Below are positions 27,461 to 40,721 of a stretch of 64,000 nucleotides of DNA, in pieces. Under the pieces are notes generated by a model. It made no database searches. It was not told the DNA's origin and worked only from the letters and a program-made list of their open reading frames with translations. Origin of the DNA: the human T2T-CHM13v2.0 reference genome, Homo sapiens; assembly GCF_009914755.1 (NCBI RefSeq), contig NC_060931.1. The stretch is one strand, 5' to 3'. Both the position numbers and the translations under genes were made by a program. Numbering within the stretch: the first letter of the stretch is position 1; the number at the start of each line of letters is the position of its first letter.

Positions 27461-27962
27461 GCATTTTTGAATAGCTGCCAGAAAGCTACTGGCATTTATT
27501 CCCCAGCATAAATCTAATGCTATTTAGCTTAACAGAGGTTTTCAAAGTTTGACTTAATTGTCCTAATTAACATTGATTTTGGAATTTTGCCCATGAATAA
27601 GCATGTTCTATTTTTACATATAAGTTGCAGAGGGAAGCATTTCTTATGATTCACCATATGTGACTTACTTTAATTATTAATTTGTATAAATATTGATATG
27701 TCAACAAAAACACAAGTGTTAAATTTAGTGACCTGGTCACAAGTGAATATGTGAAGCCTAGTTTACTGATATCAAAGATGTTAAGGTACTGACTCTTTTA
27801 GTTTTAAATTTAGTTCATTTGCCAAATGAATCATGCATTTGACTTGATTGCAAATTAAAATAACCTCAGCTCTAAAGAATTAATTAAAATACATTACATG
27901 TTTTTTAGTCCAAATGATAGAAAAGTTAGAGAAATGTTTAATTATTTGTTTTAGATGAATAA

Positions 27963-28278
<316 letters not shown>

Positions 28279-30098
28279 TGAATAAACTATTTAAAAGTTG
28301 CCTGCTAGATAAGATAATTTTACACCTTTTCAGTTTAAATACATTGTCTCTAATACCATGCCAATCTCTTCTATGGATTTTTTAATCACCTCTTTTCAAG
28401 TAAGTTGATCACGGACAGATTACGAGCAAGGTGATTTAAGCAGCTCAGGTTGTAATTGTTCCCTAGCTAAATCAAGTTCTTAAAAAAAAGAAAAACAAAA
28501 AATTGGAATGTGTCAAGATTTGGAATGAGTTTTAAACTTTCATTTACTTTTAATAGGTTAGCTAATTACTGTCAAAATTAATCAGTTTGGAATTGCACCC
28601 TTGCTTGATTAATCATGTGGAATTTCCAGGTAACGTATCTGTGTTACATTCTAAAGCACATTCTTGAAAAGTAAAATTCTTCCTTCTTCCACATATTATT
28701 TTCATCCTACAGTTTTATTGTTGCTAAAGTAGTTTCAGCCTCAAAATATATCAGAAAAGGACCACCCAGTTATATATACTTCTATTCATCTGAGATGGGA
28801 CAAGCTCTTTGGTAACTGAAATTTGTCAGATAGGCCCAACTTATTTTCGTTTTTCTTGCTTTTTTGTACCATTTCTCCCTCTTTTAAATTCTACTTATGT
28901 TTTGGGATTCATTCAAGTACACTACTTTCAAGATAACTTGTCTGTTGTGATCTTAAGCAGTTATGAATTTTCGTAGTTATAGTTGCTGCCACTTCATTAA
29001 AACTAGAAAAAAAAAATCCCATAGCTTTCAACATTTTCTTGGTTGGAGGACTTGGTATTTTGTATAGTTATATTTGGACCAAATTCTCTTTTATTTTTTT
29101 CTTTGGAAATATTAGTAATGTGATAAATGCTAAATAAGAGTGCTGTAATTACTTTGGTAATGAATCAAGTTAGTATGTAGTATGGAGCTACCAAATTATG
29201 TAGACTATAGTGCCAGTTTTAATTTACTCTTTATTGGGTATAATTCTCTAACTTCATTTGAAATGTAAGAAATCTTCATTGGGCATCACAATGTTACAGT
29301 TTAGTTTAAGTATTTACGTGCAATAAGAGATTTGCATTCTGAATGATTTAGCTCATTTCTATTTGGGATTAAAGTATTAATCTTGGATTAGCCATGCAAG
29401 AAAAGTCACTGAAGTGACAGTTGAGATAACTGAGTTTCAGGTTTACCTCAGAAACTTACCAGCTGTGTGACATCAGCAAGTCATTTCTCTGGATTGCTTT
29501 TTCAGAGCTCTAAGATAATATTATTTTATATTTTTATAATAAGTTTATTTTTGTAGATGGAAATTGTTTATGTGTCTTGTGTTATTTTAAATTATTACAT
29601 GAATATATCAGCGATTACCATTTGGTAATAAATGTACTTAAAGTGACTATTTTAGATAATTACAAATACACCTAATATATGAGAAGAAATTTATAAATAT
29701 AGAGAGAAATGGAGCTATACCATTGTGTGATTGAATCACTAATTGGCATTATACCATATGATGCTAATTGCAATCTGGTATGAAGAGAGTTTCAATTGAT
29801 GGAGTCATACCAGATATTTGAAGATTTAAGTTATTATCAAAATGGTAAATAAACATCCTTAAAAGAATTGAAAACATGAACTTGCAGCATTAAAATACAT
29901 ACTTGAAAAATTCAAAACTACATGATACATTTGCTAGTTCATTACCTAAAAGATGAGTTGGATGAAGAAAAATGTGAAAATGTATGGAAGTCTTTTGCAC
30001 ATTCTGTTTAGAAGTTTGTAGAGCTCAAATGAGTAATTTGAATATTTTCCACTTGATATTGGTTACTAATTTGGAGCATCTTATTGAAATGCCCTGTA

Positions 30099-30393
30099 GG
30101 CCAGGTGCAGTGGTTCACACCTGTAATCTGAGTACTTTGGGAGGCCAAGGCAGGTGGATCGCTTTAGGTCAGGAGTTCGAGACCAGCCTGGCCAACATGG
30201 CAACCCGTTCTCTAGTAAAAATGAAAAGATTAGCCAGGTGTGGTGGTGCACACCTGTAAACCCAGCTACTTGCAAGGCTGAGGTGTGAGAATCGCTTGAA
30301 CCTGGGAGGCGGAAACTACAGTGAGCTGAGATTGCTGCCACTGCACTCCAGTCTGAGCAACAGAGGGAGAGTCTGTCTAAAAAAAGAAAAAAG
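30099..30393 (+). mobile_element. AluS (Sz-like)
   Basis: Full Alu; TSD gccctgta. Confidence 0.92.
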
Positions 30394-30469
30394 CCCTGTA
30401 AATATACATTATGCAAATTAGATAATAGAGTACCAAATTAGGGAAAAATAATTTAAACTTTTTGTCAAA

Positions 30470-30781
30470 TTTTTATTTTATTTTATTTTTTTGAGACAAA
30501 GTCTCGTCCTGTTGCTCAGGCTTGGAATGCAGTGACTTGATCATGTCTCACTGCAGCCTAGATCTCCTGGGCTCAAGTTATCTTCCCACCACAGCCTCCT
30601 GAGTAGCTGGGACTACCAGCACTCACAACCATGCCTAGCTGATTTTTTCATTTTTATTGTTAGTAGAGATAAGGTCTCTCTGTGTTGCCCAGGCTGGTCT
30701 TGAACTTTTAAGCTCAAGCAGTCTTCCCCGCTTAGCCTCTCAAAGTGTTGAGATTATGGCCGTGAGCCATGGTGCCTGGCC
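30470..30781 (-). mobile_element. AluJ, antisense
   Basis: Reverse Alu with J-type motifs. Confidence 0.9.
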
Positions 30782-31094
30782 TGTCAGTCAGATCTTTTAG
30801 TTTGTATTATATAGTATCATCATTCATTAGTTCTGATTTAACCACTTATAAATTTATTTTATTAAAACAAGTTAATTGAGTCTTTATGTCATAAGCTTTG
30901 TGTTAAGTTTAATTGGGTGTAGAAAGATGAATATGATATGGTCCTTACCAAATTGGGAATGAATTTTGTAAGGGGACAGAAAATAAAGCATTAAAGGGCA
31001 AGAGTGGCACAGAAGGAAAAGAGATGAATGTAGAAATTACTAGCCATAAGTTTTCAGTTAGAACTTGAATAAGTGTTGTTAAGGACCTTTCTAC

Positions 31095-31256
31095 ACTGGT
31101 GTCCTTAAACTTATGTGTATTTGACCTACTTAGGATTCTTGTTAAAAGATAGCTTCTAATTCAGTGTGTCGGAGTCAGCCTGAGATTCTGCATTTCTAAT
31201 AGACACTCAGGTGATGCCAGTGCTTATGGGTCATGATTGACACCTTGAGAAGCAAG
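31095..31256. mobile_element. MER5A-like
   Basis: cctgagattctgcatttctaa...caggtgatgccagtgct...cttgagaagcaag. Confidence 0.7.
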
Positions 31257-32395
31257 TCTCAGTATTGTTCTTTGGAAGTCAGAATTGTAGATGCAGGATC
31301 TGCATTTAAAGGCCTTTCCTGGATATAGTCTTCAGTTTTCTGCCTAATTACTTCCATAATATAATTAAAACAGACTGATTGGCAATATAAATGTAAACAG
31401 ATTCATAGTTTATAAATTTACTTTTTTTGAATGACTAATTTAGTTGACTCTTGGTTATCTAGGAACAGATTAAATGGTAAGTAGTTAGCCATGGTATTAA
31501 ATAACAGTGTACTTGATATGAAGAATTGAAATTAATGTAAGAAAATATTAATATATTTATACTATAATGTAATTCTGTTTAGAATTATTTGGTACCTACT
31601 CTAGCTTGGGAATGTTCCTTGATCTCAGCTGTCAAAGTAATTTTTGGAAGCAGTGCCTGCATTCTCTTCCAGTCTCTAGGGAACAGTGGTCTGCATATGG
31701 GGCTGTGCTGTGATTGGTGGATATTTCTAACATATTGGCTGCAAATACTAATGTAGTTACAGTTCTTTTAAACGTTTGTATGCGTTCTTTCAAATGGTAA
31801 ATGTATTCTGAAATATAGGATGTGAATTTTAGCTAAATTAGTTTAAAATGTCATTTTATGTGGCATTTTAATTAGTTTTATGTTAACTAGGATTTTGGAT
31901 ATGTGAGAACTTTTCCTTCTACTTTTTTTTGGCTGCTTAAGAATTATTTCTTTACATAAACATGTATGCACATGCATATATGTAGGCAAACAATGTGTGT
32001 AGTATGATCCCAGGTTTAGCATTTCAGCTATATAAGTGATGTGATAAGTTATGAAAATTTAAATGCTCTGAGTAAATCATAATTATGGACAATTATGAAG
32101 TGTGGAGAAAATCCTTTAAAATAATTTTGGAGAATTCATTTTTTTTCTATCAGATACATGTTTATTTAAAAGTAAAGTACTATAAAGTATATTTAATTTG
32201 TTACTTTTTATTTCCTATGGCATAAATGGTAACAAAGTGCAGTAGTCCAATATAGTATTAATTAGAAATAACTAATTTTGCAAGTGCCTAACCTAAGCAA
32301 TAACATTTAACAGAGGAAATTTATATTTATTATTAATTAAACATTAGATATACTGTGGATTTTTGTTTTTTGTTTTTTTTTTTGTTTTTTTCCAG

Positions 32396-32446
32396 AGAAC
32401 CAGAGGACGAAAACGAAGCTTCGTTCCTGAGGAAGAAAAACATGAG
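32396..32446 (+). CDS. PHF14: PHF14 small coding exon (51 nt, phase 0/0): RTRGRKRSFVPEEEKHE
   Basis: Long U-rich tract + ccag| acceptor; GAG|gttgga donor; 17 open codons. Confidence 0.92.
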
Positions 32447-32568
32447 GTTGGAATAAGTTAAGCACTTTTACACAGTCTTAACTTTGAGAAATTTTCTTGC
32501 TTAAAATTGTTTCCCTCATATCCTTATTTTGTTTGTTATGTTTTATTTTATTATCCCTTGTATGGCAG

Positions 32569-32690
32569 GAAAGAGTTCCTAGAGAGAGAAGACAAAGACA
32601 GTCTGTGTTGCAAAAGAAGCCCAAGGCTGAAGATTTAAGAACTGAATGTGCAACTTGCAAGGGAACTGGAGACAATGAAAATCTTGTCAG
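32569..32690 (+). CDS. PHF14: PHF14 coding exon (122 nt, phase 0/2): ERVPRERRQRQSVLQKKPKAEDLRTECATCKGTGDNENLV(R); start of the last PHD
   Basis: ggcag| acceptor and AG|gtaagt donor; overlaps ORF 32497..32694; contains CxxC; the downstream exon was not found in the window. Confidence 0.95.
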
Positions 32691-35600
32691 GTAAGTTGGA
32701 TGCTAAAACCTTGTCTTTAGGGGATGAAAGTTCTATATTTATTTTCTCATCACAGAAAAAATGAAAAAACAATTGCAGGATAAGACCTTTCTTAAAATAT
32801 TATATAGTGGAAACAGTACTTTAGAAACAGATTTCATCCACTTCTTAACCTCTCACACATGGTTATACTCTGGATTTAAATGTAAATAAGAGTGATAATC
32901 TGCCTGTTTAACACAGGGAATTATTTTTCTCTTGACAAGAGAAATTGACAGTGCTCTCTATTTAGAGGCCATGAAAGTAATTTGATCTAAACACTGTGTA
33001 CTAAGATTATTATGTTTTATGTCAGAAAACAATAAAGTTACTAAGCTCTGTTAGCATATTCTAAATGTTTGAAATTTAGAAGCAATGGTGAGAAGACAGA
33101 CTTTTTATTGACAAGAACTTAATTAGCACTTTCTTATTGCTTATCAAAACAAATGTGTTAAATGCTTCTCCCTTACGAAATAAAGAAAGGTGAAAAGATG
33201 GCCTAGGTTGATTTTATTTTTTGTTTTGTCTTTGTTTCTTTGTTTCGTTTTGGTACTTTATTTTTTTTTAATCAGACATAATGCTAATCAGAAATCTTAG
33301 CTGATGCTGCACATTGGCTTTTCCCAACGGTCCAGAGGCTGCTAATTTTAGCGGAAATGAAGACATTGATCAAAGCTCTGGTGAGATGGGGGAGTGAGTG
33401 TGTGAACAAAAAGAGAGCTAATTTAAAAGAGGCATCAGACTTTCAAAGGACAGTGTCACAAAAGTTCTTACAGTTCTTACAGGGACTTTGTAAGGGAATC
33501 CATTCTTATTTCTTTAAAAAATTGTCTTCTGGTAAAGCCCTGTTAAATTAACTGAGGACACAGAAATTAAACATTTCAAAAAGAATAAACATATTGATAA
33601 AACAAATATATTAGTGTTGTTGTATGTTTTTAAATACTTACTTCCAAATGATTTAATCTATTTTGGTCATTAAAATATGTCTTAATTTCTCAAAGAAAGG
33701 CATGAAGTCTTAAATTTTATGAGTTTTTTATGCTATCAATGAGAAAGATAAAGTAAAAATTACAGTAGAAAAAGACAAAGTCCTTCAACAAAGTTAAGAA
33801 AGTTTATAATAATTGGCTAATTTTTTTGAGGTAGTTCATGTAGAGTGTGTTGGGAGCTATCCTGAAGGTTAAGTTTATTAAAATTTAGGGTAAAGTAGTA
33901 AGTAGTTCCAAGTTCAGGAGATACACCTGAATAATTCTGACCACAGTATAAATTTTGCAATATGTCGAAAATGAAATCCCAAGCATAAGCGTAACATAAT
34001 GGAGTAAATGAAACAATAAAAATAAAGAAAAAAAATAACAATCTTATATAATGAACAAAAATTTAATTCAGGAAAATTCCCTTGGGGTTGAGGGTGGAGT
34101 TGAGGACTATGATTTTGAAACAGTAGTTAAAAACTTATAGAGCTGGTGATCCTTTTATTAATTATTTGAACCTGTATGAGTATCTACTGTGTCTTACTAA
34201 TTTTTTTTTTTTAATATGAGATTGATTGAGGCCTTTTTGCTGTAGGACTTAGAGGTTTTTATTAGGTTTTTTGTTTTGCTTTTGTCATATATTGGAAATT
34301 AGGAACCTGAGAAATACAATTTTTATTTTAAAAATCAGTTTATGATAGATTTCCAACCCATCATATTTTAGTCGTTTAATAAAAAAAGTGCCATCTTCTA
34401 ATTTTGATAAGATTTTTGAATAGTATTACTCTATGTTATTTATTTCTTTAGTTTCTGTTATGAAATTTTTATTTCTAATTGCATTATTACAATATGCCAA
34501 TGTCTGGAATTTTGTGAAAGTCTTCTGGAAGGTAAAGATATTTTTATTACTCTAAAATAATGGATATGCAAAGTCCCCTTCCTTCGTTTTGCCTTATTAA
34601 GAAGATAATATCGTAAATTGTCTGCAAAGTTTTAAAGAGGTAATGTAGAGGAAATTAAATGTTTTATTGGTACTATATTTTAATATTTCTTAGGACAAGA
34701 TAAGCTGGATATAAAGCAATGCCATAAAATATTTTTGGTTATAATGTGATCTTTAAAAAAAATACATTGTTTATGCACTATTCTTCTTGGGTTAAAGAAT
34801 TTTTATATAAAATTTCATATGTTTAATAAAAGTAATCTCATAAGCTAATATCTGCCATTTTCCCTGGCATCTCATATTTTGGAATTGGCACTGTTATTGT
34901 TTGAAAATCACCCCCCAAAAGTCTACACTTTTTTATTACATTGCATCTTAAATACTATCTTTACATGCTATTTTTTTAACTTTCAAATAAGATATTTTAA
35001 ATAAGGATTTATTTTCTCTACAGATATATTTCAGCGCTTACTCAGACATACGTGTATGTCTGTTAGGTTCTCTTTTAAAATTAAACTTCATGGGTCACAA
35101 TTAGTCTTTTATTTAATATACTGTGTTTACTTTCTCAAGTTCTTTTAAACTGATGTTTATATCACACTAGAATCTGCTCTTCAGCAGTTTTGATTTTTTA
35201 AACCACACTTCTCTATGTAATTCAGGCTATATAGAAAATTCCTTCTTAATTGTCCTTTTTTAGTTATTTGTATGTGTTTACTTGTGAATTTATATGTATA
35301 ATTTTTTATATCATTGAACAATTGCATGCAATTTGTCAGTACATTGTAATTAGTAAGTTTCAACTGTTATTTTCTGCTTTGCCTGTTTTTCTTGGGACTT
35401 GGGCAAGTAATTTAGCATTTCTGTGTCTTGGTTTTCCCCCCGTTGTACATGATCACAATCATACTTGCTTCATTAGGTACCTTATGGATAATTGCTGAGT
35501 GATAGTAAGGTTCTTTCCATATAAAATGTTAGAACAGTAGTATTATTTAGTAACACAAAGAATACATGTATGTGTGCATTGAAATAAAGGTCACAATTGG

Positions 35601-36877
35601 TAAATATGTTTCCAGTTATAATAAATACTTGTTATGTCAGAAAATGTACATGTCCTGTTGTATATAATTTTGTCTAGAATCTAGGAGACAAAAGGAAATT
35701 TGTCATTACATGTTTTCTAAAATGATTAGATTGAAGGTTTACAGCATCTCAGGCAATTTTATTTTTTTAAGTGCTGGTTTTTTGCCATCTACTTTTAAAA
35801 TTTAATTAGAAATTATCTGAGAAGTTCTCAACTAAATATATATTTCTTTATGCTATTTAATGCAATCTAAATGCTAAAGGTCAAGTTGAAACTATTTCAT
35901 GGAATTGGGAAGTCTTAAAGGCTTTGTCTGTGATAGGTCATTCTTTGTTGGAAGTAGTTATGGAACTACTTAGTGATACCTTATTTATTTTTGTTTCGAC
36001 AGTTCATGGCACATTTAATGATCAGAAAATGCTTGGTAAATGAACTCTACATAAGTAATGACTGAGTATTCTTTTGCTGAATTAATAAAAACTGTCACTA
36101 TTATAATTTAATTCTAGAGCAAATTGAGTCACAAAATATAATGTTTGATGAAGGTATTTAAAGGGCTTGATAAAGGACAATTGATTTTTTGTCACTAAAA
36201 TGTAGTGGATAGTTTTTCCTCTGCTGTATTTTAAGTAAGGAAATAGATTTGAGAATAAATGATTAATCTATGAAAAGTAGAGATGAAGTGATTCCTCTCC
36301 TTGAGCCTATATGAAAAGGAAGTGGGCCTGTCTTTCAGTCTTTATCGAACTATCAAATTAGGAATAACACCAAACTTCTAAACCTCAAATTTTATCTTAA
36401 CTTTATAGACTCAATGTGGCACATTTATTACTTAATCAGAGATAGGAGAGAGAGAAGAAAGGTTTCCTAAAGCTAAGAACCCTGGAATCCATGAGCCCTC
36501 TTAAATAGCATCTTTAATTTTATTTTGTATTGTGGCCATTTTTCAGAAGCATTGAGGGTAGGAAATGATCTATTAAGCTATTTCACTTTTATAGCTAATT
36601 CTACACTATCAAATGCTTGCCAGATTCTCCCCTTTATTTGAGTATATGGCAAATTACATAGGTATTGAACCATTTTGATTACAAGGGTAGGGTGTCAATT
36701 TGGTCTGTAAACATTGTTGTTCGCACTTTTATTTATTTTACATTTAAAAATCTGGCTTGTCAGTGCATCCTCCCCAACTAAATTTGTTTGTGTCATAAAT
36801 TATTAGGAAAACCAGCAAGAATTCATATGTATTACATTTTAATTTCAAATATTAGTCTCTCGTTATTCTGATTATAA

Positions 36878-37003
36878 TTTTTTTGTTGTTTGTTTTCGTT
36901 GTCACTCAGGCTAGAGTGCAGTGGCACTTTCTTGACGCAGTACAGCCTCTGCCTCCCGGGCTCAAGCAATCCTCTCACCTCAGCCTCCCGAGTAGCTGAG
37001 ACT
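36878..37003 (-). mobile_element. Alu right-monomer fragment (J-type), antisense
   Basis: caggctagagtgcagtggc...ctcagcctcccgagtagctgagact. Confidence 0.8.
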
Positions 37004-38215
37004 TGATTTTTTATTTTTAATTAACTTTTCTGTTCTAACTAGTATGGAGGCAATGTTTTGTTTTATGGTTATTGTTATTTCCTATCTAATAATTCTTTGC
37101 TTAGGTCCAGGTGACAAAAACTTTCTTCTTTGTTTTCTTCTAGAAGCTTTGTAGTTTTGGCTTTTATATTTTATATGAGCTATCTGAAATTAATTTTTGT
37201 ATATGGTTTCAGGTAGAGTTAAGGAAGGTTTGTTTATTATCTGCCCCATGTGGATTCCCAGTATCATTTGTTGAAAATACTTGCCTTTCCACATTAAATT
37301 ACTTTGGTGCCACTTTTAAATGCCAGTTGGCTTTTTCAATGTGGGCTTATTTCTAGACTTTCTATTATATTCCATTGAGTTATGTATTTATTCCTGTGCC
37401 AAGACCAACTCTTGATTACTCAGGCTGTGGAGTAAGCTGTTTCGTTTTTCTGGATCCTTTGCATTTTCATGTAAATATTAGAAACAGCTTGTCCATTTTC
37501 ATTTTAAAAAGGAAAGCCTGGACATAACACCAAAAGCATAGGTAATAACAGCAACAAAAAATTAGCTAAGTTGGACTAAATTCAAAGTTAAAAACTTTTG
37601 TGTGTGAAAGGACACCATCACCAGATGGTAAAAAGGTTAACCCATAGGATAGGGGGGAATATTTGCAAGTCATGTATCTGTTAAGGGATTGAGAATATAT
37701 AAAGAACTTGGACAACTCAGCAATAAGAAACAACCCCATTAAAAATGGGCATAGGACTTGAAAATATTTCTCCAAAGAAGATATACAGTAGCCAACAAGC
37801 ATATGAAAAGATGCTCAACATCACGAATCATTCAGGAAGAGTAAATCGAAACCACAGTGAGATACCACCTCACACCCATTGGGCTAGTTATCATTAAAAT
37901 AAATAAATAAACAGAAAATAACAGGTGTTGGCAAGGATGTGGAGAAACTGGAGTTCTTGTACAATTGCCCTTGGGAATATAAAATTGTGCAGCTACTAGG
38001 GAAAACAGTATTTTAATTCCTCAAAAAATTAAAGACAGAATTACCATTTGATCTGTTAATACTGCTTCTAGCTGTACACCCAAAGCAGAAACTCAAACAG
38101 ATAATTGAACACCTGTTTTCATAGCAACATTATTCACAATAGCCAAAAGGTGGAAGCAACCCAAGTTCCACTGATGGATTAAAGGATAAACAAAATGTAG
38201 TGTATATATGTATAT

Positions 38216-38626
38216 TCTCTTAGTCCATTTTATGTTGCTAAGAAGAAATACCTGAGGGTGGATAATTGATAAAGAAGGAAATGTTTATTTGGCTCACAAT
38301 TCTCATTGTTGGGAAGCTCAAGATTGGGCATCTGCATCTGGTGAGGACCTCAAGGTGCTTTCACTCATGGTGAAAGGTAAAGGAGAACTGGTATGATCAG
38401 GGATCACATGATAAGAGAGGAATCAAGAGAGGGGGAGATGCCAGGCTCTTTTTACTATCCAACTATCAAAGGAACTAATAGAGTTAGAACACACCCCTGA
38501 GGAGGTCAATAATCTCTTCATGAAGGATTCATCTTCATGACGTAAACACCTCCCATTAGGACCCCCCTAAAGTGGGATCACATTTCAACATTAGGTTTGT
38601 AGGTGACAGGTATCCAAACCATAGCA
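38216..38626 (-). mobile_element. MSTB-like MaLR solo LTR
   Basis: tcttagtccattt...atccaaaccatagca; 5-nt TSD tatat/tacat. Confidence 0.85.
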
Positions 38627-38673
38627 TACATACAGTAGAATATTATCCAGCCTTAAAAAGGAATGAAATTCTG

Positions 38674-38978
38674 GGCCGGGTGCGGTGGCTCACGCCTGTA
38701 ATCCCAGCACTTCGGAAGGCCAAGGCAGGTGAATCACGAGGTCAGGAGATCGAGACCATCCTGGCTAACACAGTGAAACCCCGTCTCTACTAAAAAATAC
38801 AAAAAATTAGTCTGGCATGGTGGTGGGCACCAGTAGTCCCAGCTACTTGGGAGGCTGAGGCAGGAGAATGGCATGAACCCGGAGGCAGGGCTTGCAGTGA
38901 GCCAAGATCGCACCACTGCACTCCAGCCTGGGTGACAGAGCGAGACTCCGTCTCAAAAAAAAAAAAAAAAAAAAAAAA
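38674..38978 (+). mobile_element. AluY
   Basis: gagatcgagaccatcctggctaacac and gaatggc(a)tgaaccc diagnostics; long poly-A. Confidence 0.93.
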
Positions 38979-39619
38979 TCTGATACTGCAACATAGATGA
39001 ACCTTGAGAACGTTATGCTAAGTAAAATAAACCAGTTACAGAAGGGTACAAATAATGTATGATTCCACTTACATGAGATTCCTAGAGTAGTCAGATTTAT
39101 AGAGACAAAAGTAAAAATGGTGGTTTCCAGGGGGAAGGAGGAATGGGCAGTTAGTGTTTAAGGGGTACAGAGTTTCAGCTGGGAAAGATGAAAAAGTTCT
39201 GGAGATGGATGGTGGGGATGGTTGCACAACAGTGTGAATGTGAATGCCACAGAGCTGTACACTTAAAAATGGTTAAGATGGTCAATGCTATGTATATTTT
39301 ACCACAATTGATTTTTAAAAATAACCTGAAGAACAAAAGTCTACAGGGATTATAATAGGCTTTGTGTTGAATACATGGGATTTAGTGGCAGGGAAAGGGG
39401 CTGGGGCAGGGGGACATTAACATTTTAACCATGTTGCATCTTTCAATTTATGATCATGGTATATCTCTCCATTTATTCAGATACTCAGATAGTCTTTATT
39501 TTTTCTCACTGATGTAGTTTCGACTTTAGGAATCTTGCATGTCTTTTATTACATGCATTTTTAAGAATGTAATGTTTTTGATGCTATTGTATAGGTTATC
39601 TTTAAAGTTCTCTGTTTTC

Positions 39620-40085
39620 TGTTAGAGTTTAGAGCTGCCAGGTGGTCAGTTAGGAAAACAAGCAAAGTTCAAAGTAACAAAACTTTATTTTCTTATTCTG
39701 GTAGCATCAGGAAGAAGCCAGTCAGGAAAGGTTGCTGGCTCCTGAGTATTACATTGTTTCCCACTGAACAGCAGTGGGCAAGAGTCAGGAAGATAAGTGC
39801 AGATACACCCCCAACCCCAACCAGCACCCCACACCACACATACCCTTGTACTTAGAGGAGAAATTTAGTCTTACTGCTAAAGGATTCCCAAACAAAGGTT
39901 CCTGCTGTTTTATGGACCCAGGGGCTTCTGGAAGGGAGATGGGGAAGGGGTAGGAGGTAGAAAAGTACTGAGTCCGCATGGAGAAGTGCCTTCAAGTCTC
40001 CTTAATAAGGAGGACGATAAGGCACAGGTATTTGAACAGTGTTTGCTGGGCTCTTCCATCCCCTCTGTCCCAGGGAGGCTTCAAA
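39620..40085 (-). mobile_element. Probable LTR element, family uncertain
   Basis: Begins tgtta; minus-strand AATAAA near 39685 and CATAAAA near 39910; interrupts the L1. Confidence 0.4.
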
Positions 40086-40204
40086 ATCAACCTTGCAAAT
40101 CTGGGATAAACCCTTCTGGTCTGATGTATTGCCTCTTTTATGTATTTTTTTTAATTTTATTTGCTAATATTTTGATAAGGGTTATACATTCTCTGTGAAC
40201 GTAT

Positions 40205-40445
40205 TCCCTCCCTCCCTCCCTCCCTCCCTTCTTTCCTTCCCCTCCCCTCCTCTCCTCTCCCCTCCCTTTCCGTCCCCTCCCTTTCCCTTCCTTCCTTCCT
40301 TCCTTCTTTCTTGTCTTTCCTTTTTTTTTGGTTGGTTGGTTGTTGCCCAGGCTTGGTCTCAAACTCCTGGGCTTAAGTGATCCTCCTGAGTAGCTGGAAT
40401 TACCACCGTGGCTTGGTATTACCACCACACCACCATGCCCAGCTG
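40205..40445 (-). repeat. Polypyrimidine (CCCT/CCTT)n repeat followed by antisense Alu fragments
   Basis: About 120 nt C/T tract, then ttgcccagg...actcctgggcttaagtgatcctcc. Confidence 0.85.
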
Positions 40446-40721
40446 TTCTATTATTTATTTATTTATTTTTTTCTGGTAGAAGTATCACATTTTATTAGAT
40501 AATACTGGCCTTCTGAATGGAGTTGGAAAAAGTGTTCCCTTATTCTTTGTTTTTAAAGCATTTGTTTAAGATACTGTTTGTTCATTAAATTTTGATAGAA
40601 TTCTCCGGTGATACCATCTGAACCTAGAGTTTTCATTGTGGAAATGTTTTTGATAATAAATTCAGTTTTTAGAATAAATACTTCCTTTCATCTTGTGTCA
40701 TTTTTGGTAAGCTGTGTTTCT

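Larger units (their letters stand above)
37521..39320 (+). mobile_element. L1MB-like 3' portion (ORF2 end + 3' UTR), interrupted by an MST LTR and an AluY
   Basis: aaagaagatatacag...aaaagatgctcaacatca...gataccacctcacaccc; 3' UTR aaaagttctggagatggatggtgg...tgtacacttaaaaatggttaa. Confidence 0.85.
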
